Shown: piece after piece, positions 44,459-52,411 of the stretch
Numbering within the stretch: the first letter of the stretch is position 1
Layout of the letters: the number at the start of each line of letters is the position of its first letter
NCBI GenBank assembly: GCA_050251015.1
Contig: JBFWNO010000005.1
Span: 1-52,411 of the forward strand
DNA from: Planctomycetota bacterium
Lineage (GTDB): Bacteria; Planctomycetota; JBFWNO01
Length of the DNA: 52,411 bases
Direction: 5' to 3'
The notes under the pieces: model-generated
The model's input: only the letters and a program-made list of their open reading frames with translations
Told to the model about the DNA's origin: nothing
The model's database searches: none
Position numbers and translations under genes: made by a program

Positions 44459-45915
44459 CAGTCATTCCCCTTCTTGGCCAGACGCAGGGTCATGGCGAAG
44501 TTGTAGATGCCGACATCCTTGTTTTCGGTGGCCTGGGTGCTGGGATCGCCCTTGAAGTGGATTTGGTCGTTGGCCAGGGAATTCTCGAGCTTGTCGAGCT
44601 CGTCACGGGACGGGATGGAGCCCCGGAGCGAGACCACGTTGGCATCGACAGAGATAGACTCCAGCTGAAACCCAGGGAACTGGACCAGATGGGCCTGGAG
44701 CATCATCAGGGACTCGAGCACATCCGGCAGTACGTCGAGATCCCGCCCGAAGGCCTGCCCCCTCTCCTTGAACTGTTCCAGGGCCCAGTTGGGATTCCCC
44801 TGGATGTCCTGGGGAGGCACGGTCTCGAGCTGGTCGTCGCCAAAGAAACTCCTGAACTGGGCCTTTTCCCATTCCAGATGGGCGGCAAGGGTTCGCTTGA
44901 GTTCCCCGAGGTTGCGGTTGCGGAGATAGCCGTCGCGCAGTAGGAGGGCGCAAGCCGCCAGGAGCAGGGCGAGGAGGGGGGCCTTGAGCCGGAGGAGCCA
45001 AGGGGTGCGCACAAATTCCTCGCGCCGGAAGTTGATCTGCAAGGGGCCCAGGCCCAGGCCCGTGAGCGCCGTTCCTGCGGCCATAGCAAAAGGCAGGGCA
45101 TCCCCCGGAGGAAGGGGTCCTTTGAAGGCCTTCTCAACCGGAAGCAAACGGCAGGTGACTCCCAGGGACCCGGCAATCTTTTCAGGCATGCCTTCCAACT
45201 TGGCCAAGCCACCGCACAGGTAGATCACTTCCAAGGTGCCTTCCAGACCTCCCGACCAGAGTGTCCGGCGGATCTCCTTGAACAGTCTTTCCTGTTTATG
45301 GGGGCTCTCGAGTCCCTCGGATCCCCGGACGGTGATCGAGCGGCAGAAGCGGAGTTTCTCGCTGTCTCCTGCAACAATGTCGACCGTGGTGGCTCCGGCA
45401 TCCAACAGCATGAACAACCCCTCGACGCCCTCGGCCTTGGCACAGAGGGCCGCCAGATTGAACAGGGCGGCCCCTGAAAAAGTGAGTCCCTCCGGATCGA
45501 TGCCCGACTGCTGCAGTTCCGACAGGTGCCTGGCCACATCAGCGCGCCTTGCGGCAAGGATCATCAGCCTGGAATCGGCCTCGCGGGTCTCGATGATCTC
45601 GTGGTCCAGCAGATACGATTCCACCTCCTCGGCGATGACTTCCTCGGCACTGAACCTCACGGTCTTTTGGATCTGCTCCGGGCTGGTGAAGGGAACGGTG
45701 AGATCCCGGGCCAGCGCTTCGCGGCTTCCCAAGGAGGCCCACACCCTTTGGCGGGGAAAACGCTTTTGGGAGGCCACGGCCCTGAGGATCTCGCGAGGGT
45801 CCTGCCCCTCGGCCACAGGGCGCTCCTCGAAGGCTGTGAGGCGGGGCCCCGAGGGGTCCACAGCCACGGCTCTGACAGCGGTGGTGCCCAGATCCAGTCC
45901 GACAATCTCCGTCAT
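44458..45915 (-). CDS. PilM-like actin-fold domain fused to TM and PilN-like domain (GspL-like architecture)
   Basis: GLDLGTTAVRAV, LLDAGATTVDI, IYLCGGLAKL, then INFRREEF, a TM helix and a periplasmic VSLRGSIPS. Confidence 0.8.
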   Translation of the reverse strand: MTEIVGLDLGTTAVRAVAVDPSGPRLTAFEERPVAEGQDPREILRAVASQKRFPRQRVWASLGSREALARDLTVPFTSPEQIQKTVRFSAEEVIAEEVESYLLDHEIIETREADSRLMILAARRADVARHLSELQQSGIDPEGLTFSGAALFNLAALCAKAEGVEGLFMLLDAGATTVDIVAGDSEKLRFCRSITVRGSEGLESPHKQERLFKEIRRTLWSGGLEGTLEVIYLCGGLAKLEGMPEKIAGSLGVTCRLLPVEKAFKGPLPPGDALPFAMAAGTALTGLGLGPLQINFRREEFVRTPWLLRLKAPLLALLLAACALLLRDGYLRNRNLGELKRTLAAHLEWEKAQFRSFFGDDQLETVPPQDIQGNPNWALEQFKERGQAFGRDLDVLPDVLESLMMLQAHLVQFPGFQLESISVDANVVSLRGSIPSRDELDKLENSLANDQIHFKGDPSTQATENKDVGIYNFAMTLRLAKKGND

Positions 45916-45959
45916 GACCTTATTGTCCGGCCAGGGTCGTCATGGGCTCGTCACCAAAA

Positions 45960-46994
45960 TCAACCCATGAACGCATCAAGATCCTCCAGGACATCCTGGG
46001 TGAGGATTTTGAGCGTTCCTGTGGCTTCCTTGAGGGGGACGGCCACGATGGAGGAACCCCTGAGAGCCACCATTTTGCCGAAATCTCCGTCCAAAACGAG
46101 GCTCGCGGCTTTGAGACCAAAGCGGGTTCCCAGCACACGGTCGGCCGCCGTCGGGGCTCCGCCGCGTTGGAGATGCCCCAGAACCTGCTCGCGGACCTCC
46201 CAGCCCGTGCGCTTGGCGATCATGCCGGCAAGGGCCTTGCCGACCCCCCCCAGCTTCACATGCCCAAAGTCATCGACCTGGGCATCTTGGGTCACGAAAT
46301 CGTTCTTGGAAAAAGTCGCCCCTTCGCTGACCACCACCAAGTTGTACAACTTGCCCCTGTCGCGATTCTTCTTGAGGATCTCGCAGACCACATCAAGATC
46401 GAAGGGCTTCTCGGGCACAAGAACCACATCGGCCCCGCTGGCCATTCCAGCATAGGCTGTGATCCATCCCGCATGGCGGCCCATGCATTCGACCACGCAG
46501 ACCCTGCGGTGACTGCGTGTGGTGGTGACGAGTCGGTCAATACACTCCATCGCGGCATTGATCGATGTGTCGAAGCCAAACGTATAGTCGGTGGAGCTCA
46601 GGTCGTTATCAATGGTTTTCGGACAACCCACAACCCTCAGGTTTTCCTTGTGATAGAGCTTGGTGGCGACACCGAGTGTGTCATCTCCGCCAATGGCCAC
46701 CAGGGCATCGAGCTCCAGCTCCCCCCAGATCTTCTTCAGTTGGGGAATGTCGCGAACCTCGTTCTTGTAGGGATTGGTGCGCGAGGAACCCAGGATGGTG
46801 CCACCCTCCCCCACGATGTCGTCGGTGTTGCTCCAATCCAGGGGTATGGAATCCCCCGTGAGCATGCCTCTCCACCCCTCCATCAGACCGATCACGTCCA
46901 CTCCGGCACTGTTGAGCTTGCGGGTCACGCCACGAATCACCGCATTGAGACCGGGGCAGTCGCCGCCGCCCGTGAGGATTCCAACTTTCTTCAT
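45960..46994 (-). CDS. pfkA: 6-phosphofructokinase (PPi-type signature)
   Basis: LTGGGDCPGLN, GGTILGSSR, GGDDT, PKTIDND, MGRHAGW and LGHLQRGG motifs. Confidence 0.95.
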   Translation of the reverse strand: MKKVGILTGGGDCPGLNAVIRGVTRKLNSAGVDVIGLMEGWRGMLTGDSIPLDWSNTDDIVGEGGTILGSSRTNPYKNEVRDIPQLKKIWGELELDALVAIGGDDTLGVATKLYHKENLRVVGCPKTIDNDLSSTDYTFGFDTSINAAMECIDRLVTTTRSHRRVCVVECMGRHAGWITAYAGMASGADVVLVPEKPFDLDVVCEILKKNRDRGKLYNLVVVSEGATFSKNDFVTQDAQVDDFGHVKLGGVGKALAGMIAKRTGWEVREQVLGHLQRGGAPTAADRVLGTRFGLKAASLVLDGDFGKMVALRGSSIVAVPLKEATGTLKILTQDVLEDLDAFMG

Positions 46995-47027
46995 GGGATC
47001 TGTATCCTTCCTGTCTTGTTTTTCGGC

Positions 47028-47696
47028 TCAGCCCTTGTCGGGGTACATGGGTTGTTCCACAGGAACCGCATAGGGTGAAAACCCCTTGTCCGGTTGGGTC
47101 CCGGCAGGGGCCGCCTTCAGCTTGTTGATGATCACTTCATAAAGGATTTCCTGCTCAGCCGGGAAGATCCTGGTGAAGTGGCTCCTGAGTCTATCGATGA
47201 TCTGGCCCTCGAGACTGTGGACATTGTCCGTCTCGATCAGGACGAGGTAGGCCGTCACGGTGATCTTGGAGGGTGAGGGCCGGACGATGACCTTGCCGTC
47301 GCGGACATGGGGATCGACCCTGAGACCCCGTGCCAAGCTCTCCTCCAAAGCGCGAATCGTGATACTCACTTTGCCGCCGTTGACCTCGAGGGAAATACGG
47401 TCGAGCGCGCTGTTTGACTTCACCATGATCCAGGACCAATACAGCATGTTGAGGAAGAGCCAAGACACCAGCATGACTGAAAACCAGGGTGCGCCCTGCC
47501 AATTGGCGTTGCGGATGCCCTCGATGACGTTCTCGCCGGCCCGGCCGATGGCAAAACACAACCTTTCCTGGAGGTTCACGCCATCGGGCGGGGAACTCAT
47601 CCCAGACATGCCGGCGGGCATGGCGTTGGGCATCAGGTAGATCAGCAGCCCAAGAGTCACGAAGAAGCTGTTCACGGCGTGGATGAGGTTTTTCAT
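47028..47696 (-). CDS. Two-TM protein with Asp23-like C-terminal domain (AmaP-like)
   Basis: Two TM helices, then GKVSITIRALEESL...VRDGKVIV...EVIINKL; located directly after accC. Family call is inference. Confidence 0.55.
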   Translation of the reverse strand: MKNLIHAVNSFFVTLGLLIYLMPNAMPAGMSGMSSPPDGVNLQERLCFAIGRAGENVIEGIRNANWQGAPWFSVMLVSWLFLNMLYWSWIMVKSNSALDRISLEVNGGKVSITIRALEESLARGLRVDPHVRDGKVIVRPSPSKITVTAYLVLIETDNVHSLEGQIIDRLRSHFTRIFPAEQEILYEVIINKLKAAPAGTQPDKGFSPYAVPVEQPMYPDKG

Positions 47697-47697
47697 G

Positions 47698-49083
47698 TCA
47701 GGGCTCCTTGCGGGATGGGTTGCGAGGGCGGATCACCCGCTCGATGAAACCGGTGTCAATATCACCGGTGATGAAGTTGCGGTGCTGGAAGATCTGCTTG
47801 TGCAGGCCGATGGTGGTGTGGATGCCCTCGATCACCATTTCGTCGAGGGCCCGGAGCATGGTACGGATGGCCTCGGCACGCGTGGGGCGGTGCACAATGA
47901 GCTTGGCCAAGAGGGAGTCGTAATTGCTGGGAACCACATAGCCTCCATAGATGTGCGAATCAAGCCGCACGTCCTTACCCCCCGGGGGGACATACAGGCT
48001 GATTTTACCCGGCGAGGGGGAGAAATTGTTGTCAGGATTCTCAGCGTTGATCCGGCACTCAATAGCATGGCCCGTCAGGCGGATATCCTGTTGGCGATAG
48101 CCCAGGGACTCCCCCATCGCCACCTTGATTTGCTCCTGGATCAGGTCAAGACCCGTGATCATCTCGGTCACCGTGTGCTCCACCTGGATGCGGGTGTTGA
48201 CCTCCAGGAAGTAGAAGTTTTTCTTGGCATCCACCAGGAATTCGGCGGTGCCGACGCTGTGGTAGTTGGCTTCCTCGACAAGGCGCAGGGCCGCCTCGCC
48301 CATCTTTTGGCGGATGCTGTCATCTAGGAAACTCGAGGGCGCCTCCTCGACCAGTTTTTGGTGGCGGCGCTGGAGGGTGCAATCCCGATCCCCGAGGTAC
48401 ACGCCGTTCCCGTGGGTGTCGCGGATGAACTGGATCTCGATGTGCCGGGGATTCTCAAGGTATTTTTCGATGAACACAGCACCATTGCCGAAGGCCTTCT
48501 CGGCTTCCGCCCTGGCGGCATGGTAGCCCTGGATCAGTGTGATCTCATTGTGGGCCACGCGCATCCCACGCCCACCGCCGCCGGCGCTGGCCTTGATGAT
48601 CACCGGATAGCCGACACGGGCGGCGGTCGACACGGCTTTTTCCTCGCTATCCACAAGCCCATCGCTCCCTGGAAGCAGGGGCACGCCCACCTTGCGCGCC
48701 AGGGCTCTGGCGCTCTCTTTGTCACCGAGGGAGGACATGGAAGAGGGCGAAGGGCCGATGAACGTGATATGGCAAGAGGCACAGACCTCGGCAAAATGGG
48801 CGTTTTCGCTCAGGAAGCCGTAGCCTGGATGGATGGCGTCGACATCGGCCAGCTCAGCTGCGGCAATGATGCGGGAAATTGCCAGATAGCTTTCGGACGA
48901 GACCGGGGGCCCAATGCATACCGCGTGATCCGCGAGACGCAGGTAGCGGGCGTCCTTGTCGGCGGTGGAGTACACACACACGCTCTCAATGCCCATTTCC
49001 TTGCAAGCGCGGATGATCCTCAGCGCGATCTCGCCACGGTTGGCGATGAGGATCCGGGAAAACTTGTGGGGCTCCCGGCTCAT
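47698..49083 (-). CDS. accC: Acetyl-CoA carboxylase biotin carboxylase
   Basis: ILIANRGEIA, HPGYGFLSEN, GGGGRGMR, QRRHQK, EVNTRIQVEH and YDSLLAKL motifs. Confidence 0.97.
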   Translation of the reverse strand: MSREPHKFSRILIANRGEIALRIIRACKEMGIESVCVYSTADKDARYLRLADHAVCIGPPVSSESYLAISRIIAAAELADVDAIHPGYGFLSENAHFAEVCASCHITFIGPSPSSMSSLGDKESARALARKVGVPLLPGSDGLVDSEEKAVSTAARVGYPVIIKASAGGGGRGMRVAHNEITLIQGYHAARAEAEKAFGNGAVFIEKYLENPRHIEIQFIRDTHGNGVYLGDRDCTLQRRHQKLVEEAPSSFLDDSIRQKMGEAALRLVEEANYHSVGTAEFLVDAKKNFYFLEVNTRIQVEHTVTEMITGLDLIQEQIKVAMGESLGYRQQDIRLTGHAIECRINAENPDNNFSPSPGKISLYVPPGGKDVRLDSHIYGGYVVPSNYDSLLAKLIVHRPTRAEAIRTMLRALDEMVIEGIHTTIGLHKQIFQHRNFITGDIDTGFIERVIRPRNPSRKEP

Positions 49084-49532
49084 GCTTCGGCGATGCGGAA
49101 AAGGGGCTTGCCGTATTCGACGGGTTCAGCATTCTGCACAAGGATCTCCAGGATCTTGCCGCGGCATTCGGCCTTGATCTCGTTCATCACCTTCATGGCC
49201 TCAACAATGCAGACCACGGTGCCCGGCTCCACACTGTCGCCGACCTTGACGAAGGGCGGCTTATCGGGACCGGAGGCCGCATAGAACGTACCCGGAATCG
49301 GCGAAGTGATGAGGTGGCCATCCAGCTCGGCATCCGAGACGGAAGGCGGTGATCCTGCCGCCCCGGCAACAGGGACGGGGGCGGGCATGTAGGCGACGCT
49401 GGCCGCAGGGGCCCCGGCACCGAACTTGGAAAACTTCACCTTGAGGCCCTCCTCCTCAAGCTCCATTTCCGCCAGAGCGTTCTCGTTCATCAGTTGGAGG
49501 AGCGTCTTGATCTTCCTGAGGTCCATGGACAT
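49080..49532 (-). CDS. accB: Biotin carboxyl carrier protein
   Basis: Ala/Pro linker, SPIPGTFY and biotinylation motif EAMKVMNEI. Confidence 0.97.
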   Translation of the reverse strand: MSMDLRKIKTLLQLMNENALAEMELEEEGLKVKFSKFGAGAPAASVAYMPAPVPVAGAAGSPPSVSDAELDGHLITSPIPGTFYAASGPDKPPFVKVGDSVEPGTVVCIVEAMKVMNEIKAECRGKILEILVQNAEPVEYGKPLFRIAEA

Positions 49533-49559
49533 TGGGGGTTCTCCTTGAAAGCGTTAAGC

Positions 49560-51296
49560 CTAGGCCGCCGGGGCGCGCCTGAGGGCTTTGATATCCAGTT
49601 CGATTCTGGGGTCTCCTGACCAGTCGTTCCACCGGGGACTGAAGACCACGTCATAGCGCCCGCCGGGCTTGAGCGTCTCGTAAAGATGTCCGGCCTGGAA
49701 GGCCACGGCACGGAAGGCATTGGGGGCGCTGGCCAGGCTCATGCTCAGGTGGTGTCCATCGCGGCCCAAGGGGCGCACCTCGGTCATGGTGGCGGACCTG
49801 GCCGCCAACTGGGGCACGGGATTGCCCGATCCGAAGGGGGCCAGGCGGGCCAGTTCATTCATCAGCGGGGCCCCCACCTCGGACAGGCTGCCCAGCCAGG
49901 CATCGATGGAAACACGGCGTCGGGGCTGGTCCGGAAGTCTGCGGCACGCCACTTCCTTGAGCTTCTCGAAGAACAGGGGAAGGTTGGCGGGTTTGAGGCT
50001 GAATCCTGCCGCCATCGCATGACCTCCAAAGCTTGAAAGCAGATCCGACACCTCCGTGAGGGCGCTCTGAATATGGAACCCCTCGATGCTGCGGCAGGAT
50101 CCCTTGGCCGTTCCATCGCCCACGGCCACCACGACGGCGGGCAGGTGGTATTTTTCCACCAAACGCTGGGCCACGATCCCGATCACACCCGGATGCCAAC
50201 CAGGTGATGACGCAGCCACCAACCTGTCGCCTTCGGCAATCAGAGTGTCAAGCTGGGCCATGGCCTCGCGAGCCTGCTCCTTTTCGATCTCCCTGCGCTC
50301 CGTGTTGGCCCGGTCCAACTTCAGGGACAACTCACGGGCCTCCAACGGATCCTCGGTGGTCATCAGGCGCACGCCGGTGTCGGCCGTTGACAGGCGACCA
50401 GCGGCATTGATGCGGGGAGCCAGCTTGAAGGAGATATCGGTGGAACTGACCTCAGGACCGGCTTTGGCCACGGCCAGCAGGGCCTTCAGCCCCTCGAAGG
50501 GGGAAGAGGAAAGCTGGGCCAGCCCATGAAGAGCCAAGACCCGGTTTTCCCCGACCAAAGGGACCATGTCGGCGATGGTGCCCAGGGCCACCAATTGAAG
50601 GGAGCGCAGCAGCCAGTCCTTGATGTCCGAAGGGACCCTTCCCTGGGGCATCATCAAAGCCACGGCATGGCAGAGTTTGTAGGCCACACCCACGCCCGCC
50701 AGGCGCTTGTCGGGATAGGGGCAGTCGGAACGGCGAGGGTTGACCACGGCGAAAGCCGAGGGAAGCTCCGCTGGGCATTCATGATGATCGGTGATGATGA
50801 GATCAAGGCCCAGTCGCCTGGCTTCCAAGGCTTCGGCCCTGGCGCTGATCCCGTTATCAACCGTGATCACCACGCGGGCCCCGTCCTGGGCCAGCTTCGC
50901 CAAGCCCCCCGCATTCAACCCGTATCCATCGCGCAATCTCAGGGGAATGTGAAAGGAGGCACGGGCCTTAAGAAGCCGGAAAAACCTCAGGAGCAGGGAT
51001 ACGCTGGTGGAGCCATCCACATCGTAATCGCCCCACACCACAATGGGCTCTCCCGCCTCGATGGCCCTCACAATGCGGCCCGCGGCCTTTTCCATGTCGG
51101 CCATTTGCCGGGGATCGACCAGGGATCTCAGGCGCGGTTGCCAGTAACTTTCCGCCGCTTCGGGCGAGCCCAGGTCGCGCGTGGCCATCACCTCAGCTGT
51201 CACAGGATGAATGCGCAAGGCGCCGGCCATTCTCTCGGGCTCCGGACCCCGACGCGGACGTTCCACCCATTCCCAGTCGTCACCCGCAAAGGTCAC
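49560..51296 (-). CDS. recJ: Single-stranded-DNA exonuclease RecJ
   Basis: GDYDVDG, TVDNG, TDHH, LGTIAD, PRINAAGR, GSCRS, GGHAMAAG and PFGSGNP motifs. Confidence 0.96.
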   Translation of the reverse strand: MTFAGDDWEWVERPRRGPEPERMAGALRIHPVTAEVMATRDLGSPEAAESYWQPRLRSLVDPRQMADMEKAAGRIVRAIEAGEPIVVWGDYDVDGSTSVSLLLRFFRLLKARASFHIPLRLRDGYGLNAGGLAKLAQDGARVVITVDNGISARAEALEARRLGLDLIITDHHECPAELPSAFAVVNPRRSDCPYPDKRLAGVGVAYKLCHAVALMMPQGRVPSDIKDWLLRSLQLVALGTIADMVPLVGENRVLALHGLAQLSSSPFEGLKALLAVAKAGPEVSSTDISFKLAPRINAAGRLSTADTGVRLMTTEDPLEARELSLKLDRANTERREIEKEQAREAMAQLDTLIAEGDRLVAASSPGWHPGVIGIVAQRLVEKYHLPAVVVAVGDGTAKGSCRSIEGFHIQSALTEVSDLLSSFGGHAMAAGFSLKPANLPLFFEKLKEVACRRLPDQPRRRVSIDAWLGSLSEVGAPLMNELARLAPFGSGNPVPQLAARSATMTEVRPLGRDGHHLSMSLASAPNAFRAVAFQAGHLYETLKPGGRYDVVFSPRWNDWSGDPRIELDIKALRRAPAA

Positions 51297-52411
51297 GATG
51301 AACTCATGACAAAAAAACCGGGGAGAAAGCGGCGGGCCTGGCGCAAGAGCTCCACCTCATCGACCTGCTCTTGGCCCGTGGAAGCCAGCCATTCCCCCAT
51401 GCGCACAATGCCGGGATGTTCCGGGCCCACCACGGTGCCGGCACCCAGCTTGGATTTGAGCCATGTGGCCACATCCTGGCGTGTGCTGCGGCAACCCAGA
51501 ACCCTTCCCTGCCTCACTCCCCAAACCAGGGTGGCGTCAAAGGGACTCGTCAACGGCTCGCCGAGCTGGCTCGGCCTGGGGGCATGGGCTTGTTCACCCA
51601 AATGGGGCGTCGAACGGGGCAGACGAGGAACTTTCCCCGATGCGGTGACAAGATTCTCCAGGTCTCTCAGGAGTGCCAAGCGAACCTTGGGCGCGTCGGC
51701 CCTCAAGCCCTGCATGTCGGCAAGCAGACCCTCCATGGCTCCCAGGCCGGCGCGGGGCCCTCGACCCCCGAGTGTGGCCGCAACAGCATCCACCCCATAC
51801 AACCAAGCCGATTGGGCCAGGGAGGCCGCCATCCCAGAGTCGTTGGATGGCTCCACAATGATCCATTCGCCCGGGTAGCTAAGGTCATGAATCAAATGAT
51901 GGAGAAGGCGGGGCAATCCACGAGGAAGGGCGACTTGGGGATGGGGATGCCACAGGCCCAACACATCCGCCAACCTGAGCCTGACGGGGATATCAGCTTC
52001 CTGAGCGGCCTTCAGACACTTTTCAACCAGCGGAAAAAGGTATTGGGCCAAAGACGCACGGGGGACATCAACAAGACGAAGGATGGGCACCTTCTTTTCC
52101 TCATGACAGGCGGCCACGAATTGGAGGGCCGCCTTCACCTCATCAGACCGATTTTGGTGCAGGGTCTGCAAGACGACGTCGCTGCCGGCAAAGTCCGCCA
52201 CCACTTGGGAGGCCGGAAGCTTGTCCAGGCGAACGTCCCGACCCGCTCTCGCCACCAGTTCAGGAAACTGGTAGTTCTTTTCAGCCATTTTTGCCAAGCG
52301 ATTGAGGTCAGAAACGCTGACTTCCAGAGTGCGAATGGCCCCCCTGGATCCTGAAATCCTGCGTAGGAGCTCAAAATAGGCGAAGACCTCTTCATCATCG
52401 AGGACCTGCCA
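51293..52411 (-). CDS. Partial, divergent Re-citrate synthase-like (DRE-TIM metallolyase) protein
   Basis: The frame is open from the window edge (WQVLDDEEVFAYFELLRRISGSRGAIR...). YQFPE, IPVRLRLADVLG, VALPRGLP and AWLYG recall clostridial-type Re-citrate synthase; the expected HxHND and GERxGN sites read EPSND and GPRAGL. Confidence 0.7.
   Translation of the reverse strand, partial: WQVLDDEEVFAYFELLRRISGSRGAIRTLEVSVSDLNRLAKMAEKNYQFPELVARAGRDVRLDKLPASQVVADFAGSDVVLQTLHQNRSDEVKAALQFVAACHEEKKVPILRLVDVPRASLAQYLFPLVEKCLKAAQEADIPVRLRLADVLGLWHPHPQVALPRGLPRLLHHLIHDLSYPGEWIIVEPSNDSGMAASLAQSAWLYGVDAVAATLGGRGPRAGLGAMEGLLADMQGLRADAPKVRLALLRDLENLVTASGKVPRLPRSTPHLGEQAHAPRPSQLGEPLTSPFDATLVWGVRQGRVLGCRSTRQDVATWLKSKLGAGTVVGPEHPGIVRMGEWLASTGQEQVDEVELLRQARRFLPGFFVMSSS

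Noticed and set aside
50526-52354. 450-aa and 327-aa plus-strand ORFs
   Set aside because: Antisense to recJ and the Re-citrate-synthase-like gene; no independent coding signal.

Overview
High-GC bacterial chromosomal window with about 45 CDS and two tRNAs. I saw no integrase, transposase, CRISPR array or rRNA. Taxonomy cannot be fixed from the sequence; the gene content is compatible with a PVC/Planctomycetota-like lineage (inference). Left to right: (i) six GT4 glycosyltransferases and a WcaJ-type priming phosphoglycosyltransferase; (ii) FMN reductase, pirin, tRNA-Arg(TCT), queD, TPR lipoprotein, VanZ, polyprenyl synthase and MobA-like genes; (iii) a PilT/PilU ATPase and tRNA-Ala(CGC), then a 13.6-kb tandem array of three ~1,500-aa paralogues; (iv) a CsgG-like lipoprotein, a C39-peptidase lipoprotein beside a candidate exported substrate, a HAD phosphatase, a Cys-free thioredoxin-fold protein and a 13-Cys metallothionein-like lipoprotein; (v) a benzoyl-CoA epoxidation operon (boxC-boxB-ALDH-ECH-2x HBD) without boxA, with three structured intergenic elements; (vi) GNAT, HEAT, pyrimidine-dimer glycosylase, YdjM-like, EVE and DppA genes; (vii) a degenerate Re-citrate-synthase-like gene, recJ, accB, accC, amaP-like, pfk, gspL/pilMN-like and gspM-like. 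The best candidate for an undescribed system is the array in (iii). Each copy has a Glu5-less class III pilin leader, a GspK/PilX-like N-terminal half and a LamG-like C-terminal half split by large variable insertions. At least eight genes have a -10 hexamer 6-8 nt before the start codon (leaderless signature), including one overlapping bidirectional pair. All family assignments are by motif recognition, not database searches.
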